Under the pieces are notes generated by a model. The model was not told the DNA's origin. It was given only the letters and a program-made list of their open reading frames with translations, and made no database searches. Positions 28,348 through 40,600 of a DNA stretch of 64,000 nt are shown in pieces. A program made the position numbers and the translations under genes. Within the stretch, counting starts at the first letter, position 1. Every line of letters starts with the position of its first letter. This DNA is from Balanoglossus misakiensis (Eukaryota; Animalia; Hemichordata), in NCBI GenBank assembly GCA_040954595.2, contig CM082577.2:7031846-7095845 (forward strand), given 5' to 3'.

Positions 28348-30035
28348 GGTTGAGATGTACCTTTTATGACACTTGTTTTTAATCGATTTTTTCTCCTTGT
28401 ATTTCATGTTTCCCACCAACACATTATATATTTTCTGTTAGCTCTATACTTGAAGTTTATGAAAATCTGGTTTATTTTCCAAAATTTTTGTTCTCTTTCT
28501 CGTTTTGCTCAAAAATACACGATTTTAAGTTTTTTTACTCAAAGGCTTGGCAATAAAAAAAGACAATGCCTCCAGGTGATCTGTTACCGGCAATCGACAG
28601 CTGGGTATAGTGGTAAAAATACCGGGTCATGGAATTTTGATATTCACTTTTGTTTTCGAACAATGAGCCTTTAAAGTGTCAACTGTCGATTTTTGCATAA
28701 ATTATCGACTTTTGTTCACTTGTGTGGTGATTTCTTTTGTTCTATCAACTTTATTGGAAATCCGCTCGTGGGGTTTGGAGACAGGTATTGTTCCCTTCCT
28801 CAGGCCAAAAATCAGAACAATCTGTGCACGCGTTGCTAAGTTACACTCTTTTGAAGTTGCACTCCAGAGCCCAAAACCGAACAGAGAAAATCGACAATTT
28901 GTGTGAATGGCACTTTCAGTTGGAAAAAAACGATCATAAATAGCACTTACTCACTGCTTTGTTATGTTTTAATAAAGTAGCATAATACTAGAGACTTTAG
29001 ACCAAGTCATTTTCATCTAGAACGTTTTGCAAGTTCATAAATTAGTGGAAAATCGTGGAAAAAACGACATCATTACGGACAGAGTACAATAATGAGGTTG
29101 GTTTGTTTATTCAGCAAACAAGGGACTGTTAATCCCTGCCACTGATAACTTCTCCAAACGACACTAAAGCCCGTTAAGTATACACTTCTGTAAACCCATT
29201 TTAATCTAATTTTCTCACTCCTACCATAACATGTAAAATTAGTAATTGTACATTTGCGGGCGTTTCATTGCTCTGTGTCCGGTAAATTAGTCTATGCCAC
29301 GGAACATGACGATCGAGCCCTGATGGAAGCCATACTTTACCATCATTCTGGAAGTCGCTAGACAAAACACGCCTGTCAAACTTCCTGTTTCAAAACTGAA
29401 AATTTATGCATCGGCATCGCTTGACACATCCCCCTATTTCATGCAATGGATTAGTTGTTCAGTTTATCGACGGTTGTGACATTGTAAGCTGCACCAGCAA
29501 CAGCTTTCTCGACAAGATGAGACAAGCAACACTGGTCACAACTAAACGCTCTGTCATGGAGCATTTCCAAAAAGTTCATAAATTAGTGGAAAATCGTGGA
29601 AAAACATGTAATTAGTAATTGTACATTTGCGGGTGTTTCATTGCCCTATGTCCGGTCAATAAGTCTGTGCCATGGAGCATGATGTTCGAACCCTGATGGA
29701 AGCCATAGTTGACCATCATGCTGGAAGTCACTAGACAAAGCACGCCTGTCAAACTTCCTGTTAACTAGCCTAACTTTCGAAAAGTCAGATTTGCATATCT
29801 GGGCTCCTGTGAATTGGTTAGCAAACTCCAACACTAATCTGGTAACAGTTAATCCGGAATGTTTATAACTGTACACACAATTCTTAAAATATGTTACTTT
29901 TGATAAATTTACACATGTTTACGAATGTGACCCGGTAAAACTGTTTTAATAAAAAAATAATGCAAATTCTAATGGTTTGAAATATTGAAAAAAGTAAAAA
30001 TCACTCAAAAAATGCAAAAAACCTACATCTCTACC
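28348..30035. mobile_element. ~1.7-kb non-autonomous TTAA-flanked DNA transposon (Kolobok-like)
   Basis: TTAA-GGTTGAGATGTA at the left and TACATCTCTACC-TTAA at the right form an 11/12 inverted match. The interior is non-coding and holds a diverged internal duplication. Confidence 0.6.
29229..29762 (+). repeat. Diverged ~160-bp internal duplication (29229-29389 vs 29604-29762); a 30+ bp block at 29031 is also repeated at 29572
   Basis: Both copies read AATTAGTAATTGTACATTTGCGGG...CACGCCTGTCAAACTTCCTGTT, with scattered substitutions. Confidence 0.85.
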
Positions 30036-31182
30036 TTAAACGGTTGTTGCCTTTGGAGTGATCGGAGACTGACGTGGGTGAAAATGCGAAATTAGAGTCA
30101 CATAAAAAAATTCCCAATGAAAGGTCGGCCACTGAACTGTCATCATCCAATCGGGCGCGCTTTCACTTTCAAGGTTCAGCAACCAACCGTCGCATATAGT
30201 TTTGATCTCTATTGATGAGGTCAAGATGCCAAGTTGAACAGGCAAGCAAGAAGATTCTCAGGGGAGGAGAATACTCCTAAGTACAGAAACAGAGATAATA
30301 GAGACGATTGTCACCACACAGCCACTACTTTTCCCCTGTTCTTTTTATCTACTTCACCACGATATCGCATCGTCACGTCACGTTGGCAAACGACCAGAAG
30401 CGTATAATTAGCCAATATAGCCAGATAAATCTGACCTGTTTTAGGCATTGCGGTTGGATGCCTCCGCTAATCGAGTTCCCGCTTCTGTCTGCGGTCAACC
30501 ATTAACACAGCTATTTCTGTAAGCTGAACGAGTTCATACAGCTGTACATACCGTATGCACCGAGATATTAGTGTGGGCATATTGTCGCACTGAATACCAA
30601 GCAATGAACACGCACATGACATTCAAAGGATAGAAAAATATTCTGTATTCTCATCAAGGGTGGGCTGAACAGTTTGACATAAAATTAACACCAGTTTCTC
30701 CTTGTACTCATGCAAATGCCTGTACTTGGCGCCATCAACAAGAGGAATCAAGAAACGATTTCACTGTTGTGGTTTCGTCACTTATTTTTTCCCAGCCATG
30801 CTTTCCCTTTAATGACGTGAGAATTAACATTCAACAGGTGGCGATGTTACATCCAGTTGATTTGCCAAAGAATATTTCAGTGAGGCAGCTAGTCTGGTGG
30901 AAAAGTAAATTCGGACAGACACAACATTTCTCAGCTCTCTTATTAGAAATGACAAAACCTCAAAATTAGCGTTTTTATAGATGTGATGCTATTGTTGTAC
31001 TGTCACTTTCCTTCGGTCATGAGAAGAATGGGCTATGGCAGCGTCTCACACTGAAGAAAAGGCTAATTCAATTTGCCAGTGGATAATCGTTAACCTCTAT
31101 AAAACGGACGAATTGTGTCCTCTGTGTTTTTGTAGAGACGCCAACATGAGTCAACATCCTGAACATAAAAAAGGTTGGAGTA

Positions 31183-32026
31183 CAGTAGAACGTCGATTAT
31201 CCGAACAGCTAGGGGGACAGGCTTTTGGTTCGGTTATGCGATCGGTTCGGATATGCAATCTTAGGGGGGCGGGGTCACATCTCACATATAACACGCATAC
31301 ATAAACCCGTCCATAGTAGACAAGACACATCGTTTTCCATTCTATTTTTATTTCTAAGTAAATTTGGATGGTTTCAAATACTGCACAAAGTAAAATTATG
31401 AGAAAGTAAAAAATAAATAAAGAATGACGACGTGAGGTCGAGCACGTGACGCTCGCTTCATGACATAGCCATGATGGCATAGACAGTAATGGCGGAAGCA
31501 ATGCGATGTCGGTCGGTTCGATGTTTCTCGGCAGATCACTACTGGAATTACAAATGGTGAAATTTCCCAAAACCCAAGGGTTTTTAAACACTTCTACCGA
31601 ACTAGTTAACACTTTCAAGTTTTGACAAAATGCCGCGAACGTTTAATGAAAAAGCCGACCATCGGTCGCAACCTTTTAGCAAGTCTGGTAAAGCTTTGCG
31701 GCTGACGAACCGTGCCATTGTTGAGCTGTTTATTTTCACACCTCTTGCGATTGCATCCAAATGATTCATACCCGGGGATACAAAACATTAACACTTTAAG
31801 AATTAAAACAAAAGGCTAATGGGCGGTAAGGTTGTTTAAAGAAATAACTTTTTAAAAGAGGAAAGTGCTGTATGATGCCTTCCTTTGACAGCGAGGGCCG
31901 TGAATATCAAACAATGATTAAGCAAGGTATACGCCTAGTACAGGTAGACTTTTCGGGGGACACAGAGTGAGTTCGGATGACCGAACAATGCGGATAATCG
32001 ACGTGCGGATAATCGACGTTCTACTG
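31183..32026. mobile_element. Non-autonomous Tc1/mariner-superfamily (pogo/Tigger-like) MITE, 844 bp
   Basis: Perfect 21-bp TIRs CAGTAGAACGTCGATTATCCG (31183-31203) and CGGATAATCGACGTTCTACTG (32006-32026), with TA on both flanks. A subterminal copy of CGGATAATCGACG sits at 31991. Confidence 0.9.
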
Positions 32027-35000
32027 TAGTTGAATAGTACCCTGTTTAACACAAATGTGTGACGTCTTTAAGGAGAGTCGTTTTGATAAAAATACTACAT
32101 GTAGGATGCGGAGTGATACCTGTCGATATTCGAGGAAAATGTCGACTGGGAGACCCCCAGCTAAATTGACAAGGGCTGTAGACGATCGCCAGTGACCGTG
32201 ATTCCGATCAGCTGGCGGCACTGGGTGCCATGTTACCTAATTGCTTTGACCCCCCAAAAGCAACATGGAAAAAAAACACGTCTCCACGGCTGGTGATTCG
32301 CGATCGGTTTTCGATCCCCGGCCGACCTGCTGTCACCTTGTTTTGTCATAATGCAATTGTGTGTACGCGGGGAAAAATGATCTGTGCGCGGCTCCCAGCG
32401 GTATTAGAACCCACTTGCAGCGTATCGCGTGCCCACTCCATGAAAGTCAACATCGATGACTCCGATGAGGGGGGGACGAGCACGCCTCTTGCATTACCGA
32501 GCCCCGTCTGGGGAATCGCAAATCAGCGCTCGCCGGAAGGCCAGGGGTTGGATTACGCCGCTGTTTGTCCGCTCGCATTATCCATTGACGCATAGTCGGC
32601 GTCGGTGCACGCCTTTCGACAGGAAGCCAAGAAAATAGATTGTGGTTTCCCACCACTGTTTGTTAGGAATCCAGCATGTTTCATTACCATCTTTCCGGCC
32701 ACTCAACAAAATGACATAGTTGCATGTCTAGTATATACATTTAACCACTACACAGTTGCCTAACAACGACTTTGTTCTGTGGTTTGCGTCTATTCCACTC
32801 AAGCCACTGTTCACACATGTATCGTTTTGTCGAGGACCTCTATTCTTCCTTTGCCCCTTTCCCTAACGATTTCAACAAAACTTAAGCAGCATGAAGAATG
32901 TCACTTTGTCGTCATTTTCAACTGAAGGATGATCCACCCACCATACACACTCTAATAATAGCATGTCTCCAGGACATTGATGTTTACTTTCAAAATGACA
33001 AACGCAGGAATCCCACAATATCAAGCCAAATTAAAGTTGACATTTGAAGTACTAGGATTTAACAAAAGAATGCTTACCAAGATGACCCCCAGTTTCGATC
33101 AATGAACTCTCCCATGTGAATTAACAACACGCTAGGAAGTCGATTTTTCTCAACACCAAAGTAACCCAAGAAGCAAACAAAGTCCCTCTCTGATCACAGC
33201 TATGCGCAGTCAGCAAGGGTTAGTTTTTTCAGTAGTCTAGAAAGTGTTCTGTACTATAAAGTATTGGCAATTTGAGCTCATGTAGTAAACACGAAACAGC
33301 CAGAACTCCGAAGCACTGTCGCAAAGACTGATTGCTTCCACCGATGATGTCAATCAAACGTATAAACTATTTATCACATCCCGTCCTTTCTCGTTAAGGT
33401 TTCTGCAGCCACAAATACACAAAATTTGACATTTTAATGCAAAATCACGCACACAGATGGCGCATTCTGCCATTACTCTATTAAATTTGAGAGGCTTATA
33501 ATTATAAGGCTATAGGTGTACATGACTTACACGTTCATAAATACATCAGAATAATAAAAAATGGAGATCGCTCCGTTTCTAGAAGCGTTTTTTGCTGGTG
33601 GTGTTTGTCACAAAATTCCCGTAAGATGTCCCATAATCGCATACGGGCGTCTGAACTTTGACCTCGCCATTCAGCCCGTTAACAGACAACAAAATTTCGG
33701 GCATGTTCTATGTCTATATGCAACGCATACTATGGGCAGAGGTTTAATTTCTGGAAGCTTTTAGCATTTTTCCCAAGCTTATTTTTATTCGCAGAAGATG
33801 ACAAAAACACATCCAGCGCACATCCCTTGCCATTAGCAATACGTTGGATGGTTGAAGATTAGTGCCCGATGAAAGATTTATGGTGCTGAGATCGTGCCAT
33901 AAATAACAGTTACCGCGCTAGCTGCTTCATTGTCACTGATAACGCGAGAATGCAAGATCGTGTGGGGAAACTTGACCCAAATGTCTATTATTATTGAGCA
34001 CCCATCGATAGTGTGTCCATTCACCAAAACTGTCATCAATTGAGTACAATATTTCATTTGAAGAAATTTTTTTTTTCCTAAACCGACAGTGTCGACTTGT
34101 AAAACCAAAGCTTTTATGTGAAAACTGTCGAATGTTAAAAATAAAAGCACTGCTAGCTTTTTCATCTGCATAACTCTAGGCTGGATCGGAGTGGCTTTAA
34201 ATTAACAAATACTTGGACGTTCCGATTCGAGCGCTACTTCCTCGGAGGTATTTTCAATCAAGAGGCGCGGATAGCGGTTCTCCGGAAACCAACTGACGAA
34301 CACCTTTGTGCGCGCCACTGTTCCGGGTAATGAAGATAGATGCAGAGAGCGATAGAACGTGATCTTGTGCCAGGGGAGCCCTGGGAGAAGTAACAATGTA
34401 ATCAATGGACGAAGCACTATTCATTACAAATCTTCGGTTTCGTATTTCCTCGCTGTTTTGTTGAAAGGATGTCGCATACAGGCAGATACTGTGCATGTCA
34501 TAAAGTGATATATACGCTTGGGTAACCAGTAAAAGCTGTGGGAAAAATCACTCCCAATGTTTTTTCCCCGTGATTTTTATTCTCACAAAAAATCTAACAA
34601 TGTTATCTCACATTTTATAATAATAGTGTACTGATAATAATTAATTAATTAATTAATCAATCAATCAATCAAAGAATCATATAATTATAATAGGATGCAT
34701 TGCAGCAAGAATTTTACTCAAGTAGTATTTCTGTACACGAAGAGTAATTTTGGAGTTTATTTTCTGAATACTTTGTACACATTTATAAGTTGCATAGAAT
34801 GGATGTTTTCCGACAACTGCAGAAAGTTTCAGAAACCAGAATTGAACCCAGAGAAACGGCAGAGGGGCAAATGTACAAAATATTCTCCACTCATATATGC
34901 ATTAAAGGCTACAGGAGATACTCAACTGAACTAATTTGTTTTGAAGTTGGCTCACGAGGGCACCATATAACAAACGACAATATAGACAGACTACTGCAAT

Positions 35001-37376
35001 TTCTTCAGGCATCTTCAATCTGTGTTATGTGATATCAGTTCACTTCGAGCTATTGTCAAATTTTGAGCTGAAAATGAACCATCGTCAATGGGCAAGATGT
35101 TAAATATGTAACATGCTGATTATCACTCCGGGGCCCGGAGTGTAAATCCTTCCAATCAGTGTCCATTTTTGCTACTTTCAATAGCGCAGTAATTATTCGT
35201 CGCAACCCCCAAGGTCATTTTGAGGGCTTTGCTGCAATTAGGTGATTTGTTACGTTTTTTGCCATTTTATGCTTTTATCAGTTCAGTGTTTATGAAGATC
35301 TTTTTCACCCTGCCTTTTGCTGCTTTGACTTTTTCGCTCATGGCTCTGTTGATGAGAAGTAGACTTGCGACTCTTTGTTTTTAACTTTTGTTCGACTTTC
35401 TATCGCTCATTTTGTGAGATGCCAACTTGAAAGAATTCCCTGGCATTTTACACATTTGGACGATCTTGATAACATCAACCCGGTGGGCGCGTACATGTTT
35501 TGCGCGATTCTGGCATATACACAAAGTGTTTGGTCAGGGACCTTTTGCGCTAATGCTGACACGTATATACGATAGCATCAAATGTGTGTCCAAACACAGC
35601 TACAGGCCAAACGAGGGGCCAGGGTGTTTCACCTTGATCCCTTCATGAAGATGGACTTGCTGTAAAAAAAACACAGATGGTTGCAGAAACCGTCAGGACA
35701 TCATGCGTCTTTGTCATGGTGAATCAGAACAGCGTGTTATTACTATTTGAGAGAATCCAACAAAAGTTGTGAAAACATGTCGAACACAACTTATAGATGG
35801 ATCGCGTATAGATGGTGTTTGTCTTTGTCTCAGCGTGCCAAAGGGGTGGCTTTGAGCATACTGGCCTTACAATTCAAAACGGTGTGTGACCGCAAGGCGC
35901 TACAGAAAGGCTTTCCTTGTTCACTTCTCACACAAACGTTCGTGCAATTTATCAATATCTCATGCATGGAGGCGTGCGTTTTATTCAGGATTGATTGATC
36001 GACGTCTTCATTGTGTCCATGTAAGAATTGCCCTTCCGAATGACTGTGGTTGTTGTGTTCAATGAGTTCTGCTGTTCAATGGTTATTCGATTGCCGGCAG
36101 GTATATTTCTTTGCAGAAACATTATACGAGCAATGCGGCTCGATCGGCAACAGAAAGGGAAGAACTTACCGAGAAATACAAACAAAAAGTTTCCAAGGTT
36201 TTAACACGCATGTCACGCTAGGCACTCTCAGAAGAAAACAAGATCGATCATCTCATTGCAAAGAATCAAACTATGGCAAATGTATAATTGAAAATGAAAT
36301 ATCTGGTATAGGTCCTGTGGACAAGCCAAATGAGAACTGAATGTTTTGAAAAAAATGAGTGATATTTTGTCTTCAAATAGTGTAGTCTGAAACTATGATG
36401 ATGATGATAATATCATCACCATTTTAGACAGGCAGTTAGACAGACAGACACAGGCATATCAATACAAATCAGCTGTGAGCTTAATATGATTAGTTCAGTT
36501 TTTTGAAACCTCCGCCTCTGTGGTTTGATTTATTAAGTTTATTTAAATATATAGGCCTTCTCGCTAATGTTTCCATTTGCACCACTGTGACAACAGTTAG
36601 CAATTAGCAGGGAGTACAGTCTCTGTACAGAACAGGCTTCATAACTAAACCCAATTAACTGGCAGGTGAAAATCATCTGCCATCGCTCTAATTACATCCA
36701 GAATTAAGCACCTCCCGCCATGCCCCTCAGAATCAACATACACTTATTAGTATCACCTTATGTCGAATCAGATTGACGAGCGATTGTTTTGTGTCGCAGC
36801 AGAAATGAAAACAAAAGTAAGATGTCTGGCAGTTTGATCAATTTCTAGGTTTCTATGCGAGCTCAGGTTTCCTCACGTTTGACTAGTAACTCTCCAGTGT
36901 CGTTTTTGTTTCCTTTGAATTTCCGTCGCTAGGTCCTTAAAAGGCGCACTTTTACTAATCACACGACAGGGCTCACACATAAAAAACACCGTGAAGTTAG
37001 AATTATGTGGTGACATTAATTTCTGGACTGCAGTAAAAGAAATTGCACCGCCCATATAATAAGTGGTACGTGCGTTTCAAAATAAGAAATCCGTTTAAAT
37101 ACCGCATCAGAAATCGGAGACTAGGCTAATACGAGTCGTTAAAAACGGGCCACTGCCACTCGATTCCCGTAATGTACCAAATTTATGACTATGTTTTTCT
37201 CCTTGCTTTTGTCAGAGGTCTTCATTGAAGCGTGCGTGGTTAGGCGCTTGGGAAGATAGGATCTGAGTTCGCGCGAGTGCAACTGTATAAGCCTTCGTTG
37301 GCACACCCGAGTCGCTCCTAAAAGTTATTTTGCGTGCAGACATTGACACGTGCTCATAGAAACTACTCCGGTTTAA

Positions 37377-37637
37377 AGTAGTACGCGCCCCGGGGAGTTT
37401 TTCCCCGAAAATGATGCTAGTACTTGCAGTCCTCCAATTCTTGGAATTCTTTGTGATATCAAAGTTGGTGAGGAGTCCTTGTTTTCATAAAATTCACAAC
37501 TTTTAACTTTCTCCATTGAATTAACACAGAGTTTGGCAGCCATTTTCATTTTTGCGCGGTGACCCCTAATTTTTATTCTCCTTGAGCAAATATACAAGAA
37601 AAGGTTTAAGATTTTGGTTTGTGAGACACATACTACC
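37377..37637. mobile_element. TTAA-flanked MITE (Kolobok-like), family copy 2, inverted and internally deleted
   Basis: Ends are TTAA-AGTAGTACGCGCC and ACACATACTACC-TTTAA. The reverse complement shares AAAATGGCTGCC..CTCTGT..ATGGAGAAA..AAAGTTG..ATGAAAACAAG with 5873-5941. Confidence 0.72.
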
Positions 37638-40600
37638 TTTAAAGACAAATGATTTATTTTCAGGTCTGTTGAAGTTAAACCAAGCATTGTGATTGGCAGA
37701 TATTTATCATGAAATATACTGACTAAGTTTTATCAGCATTTGATGCAGAGATTATGCGTGGAGACAAGGCCAAGGAAGACGTGACAACGTAATTGCCTAT
37801 CGCCCGGAAATCAAGTACATCACACTGCGAAACAAGCGCTTGAAAATCACCCCATCGCCCGGAGGCTACAGCGATCAGGACTGTTGCCTAATCACGCTAT
37901 TCGAAAAAAGGTGAAAAAAATCTGTAGTCTTTCATGAGGGGAAAGACTCCGAGCAGATATAAGAGATCCCCACAAGTGCTTCGTGTGACTTGAAATGAAC
38001 ACAGGCATCGTTGTCTGCGCCACCAGTGAAAAAAAGTCGTTTTGTGTATTCAATCGCTGCTCTCCGCTGAACAGCCAACTTTATGTGGTTTCCACGCGAC
38101 ACTGCCAGCAGGCGTGATTACTGTTTGGGAATGACCTGCCTCGCCAGATTTGAGGCGCATTTGAGTCTCAGAAATCTATCCCTCGGGAAAACTCGAACAT
38201 CCGTAAATTCAAATCGCCTGTCTTTCGATATCGCATATTAATAATAATGAGTTTGCAGAGTTTCGAAGCCTTCCAGCCAGCTGCATTGCAAAGCACATGA
38301 ACTGAACAAAATGAAACGTTATATTACTTAGTCGCTTGGGCAAATACATAAATAAGTAAACACGGTTCTGACCCATCACGATTTCAACATATGTTTGCAT
38401 AGAATTGCCATCGTTCGAAATTTCAGGATAAATACAATGAAACTGGGAGAACCTCAACCAGAGTGTCGCGCAGATCTAGGCCTATAATGTGAAAAGTGTA
38501 AAAAACAACAGTCTGCATTTTCCGTTCTCATCTTGGAAAAGTACAAAAAAGGTAATAATTTGCAAGAACAAATAATCAGACCCGCATACACCATAAATAA
38601 CTTAAAATTACAGCATTGGTCAGGGCGGCACTCTTTGAGAGGGCACGTGCGTTATTTATTTAAATCGCTCTTTGTTGTGTTGCGGTCAGGTATCTGTGTA
38701 CGTGTGTCTTGTTTGCAACGACAGATCTCTGTGTGGTTTTGAACAACAATACTTCTAAGACGCACTGTGTGATTGGCTGCGCGATTCAGTGCGCTTGCAA
38801 AAGTCTTCCAAATCGACCGCGTGACAGGGCTTCTTTCCTATAGTAGTATAGGTGTCGCCGCATAGAGGCCTGTATGATGGTGACAGCATCTGAAATATAT
38901 ATATATTATTAGATTGGGTGTGTGATATAAAATGTAGGGCTTTTTATTATCAAGTCATTTTTTAATGAGATGCTTATTGCCCATGCAGTCAGATACAAAT
39001 GTATGTCAAATTGTTGGTGTGCGATTGTCTAAACGCAGGTTCATCATTTGGCTTGCAACGACCTTTCTTGTACATACCACTGGGTGCAGTTAATGAATAG
39101 AATATTTCATTTCAACGAAGGAGCTGTTCAGGGACTACATGTTTTCTTGTGCATGTGTATATCTTGCTTCCATCTGACTTGTCCAATTAATTTTCTAATT
39201 ATGAATTGGCACCCATTGAAAGCGTCTATCTTTATTTGAATGCGGCGTAACGGGCCAGATGCACAAACAGATTATTTTTAGAATCCACCTCGACGAGAGG
39301 ATATCCGGTGACAGCAACAAATGCCACTGGTTGCGAGAATATTACCGGTTGTTCATGATAACATACGAGTGTATTTTAAGAAGCAATGACTGTACCTTCC
39401 AGGCTATGAAAGGTACCTAGCAATAGGTTTTTGCATTTAGTTACGTGTCACCATCTGTTTGAACAGACCGGACTCTACTAAAATGTGTCGAGTCATTCAT
39501 TGGCTCTGTTGTTAATTTATCTCTCTCCCCTCCTCCTTCTCTCTCTGTAACCCGTGTTTCCATCGGTCTGTCTCTAATTTATCGCTAGAGCATTTTTTTC
39601 CCGCCATCCCTGCATTTCTCCTCTATAGTTCTTATTCTCCAGAATTCTTCATGTGTGTTTGACAGCATGGGACCAGCGACTATCACCACGAACACCCTCG
39701 GCTGTCAACCCCTACTTTTCATTCGCATTTGTTATGTCGAATCAATCGAAAAGTGGGTGTGACGAAATGTCTACACGCACTACGTGCATGATCACTGCGC
39801 AATAGTCGCTCTTTCAGCTCTGAAAGTGTGAGTGTATAAATGTAAATCTATGTTGTTTTTGTTGCCGTAATGTGTGATATTTTCTTGAAAGGTTTGCTCT
39901 AAAGGTGAGAAGTTTCCCGCCGGCTGGAGGCTTCCCATTGCAAATGCTTCTCCAGGGCGACTGAATGGAACGTTTTACTGACTGCAACACTCAACAAAGC
40001 GCGAAGATGAGGTATTAGTCCTTTCTAACGATGATGTGTGATGGAAAATGCTAGAATAGAATAATTCTGTCAAAATCGAGACACTTTTCCTAATGGTAAA
40101 CTATTGTCGCCCATACCATGGTTTTCATTGTCTGCTACAGAAGGAGCTTTTACATAAACAGATAAATGTTAATATGTACAAGATGTCAAAGTTGAAAAAA
40201 GTGTTTTTGTGTTCATATACGCCCACCCATGTATTATTATCGCTGACTCTGGCACAATAAAACAGCATTTTTATGGTATTTCACAGCAATTAATATGATT
40301 TTGTGGGTTGGATTTTCTTTGAATGGCACACAAACATGAAAGACTCAAAGAGTAGCTCAGAAAACAGGGCTATATTGCATTCAGAAAGCGACAATAATCT
40401 GCTGCATAGGGTTTCTAAATCATTGCAACAGTCTTTTTAAATCAAAATCATCACATGGCATGAAAATAAATCCAGTTGTTGACAGTTCACAACTGTGTGC
40501 GCATTTTGGGGCTGCCTTATTTCATTAAAACAAAGTCCTCGCATGCCACTGACAGACCCTTTCTAAAGCTCATGTAATTGAATTATTAACCCACTACGTC

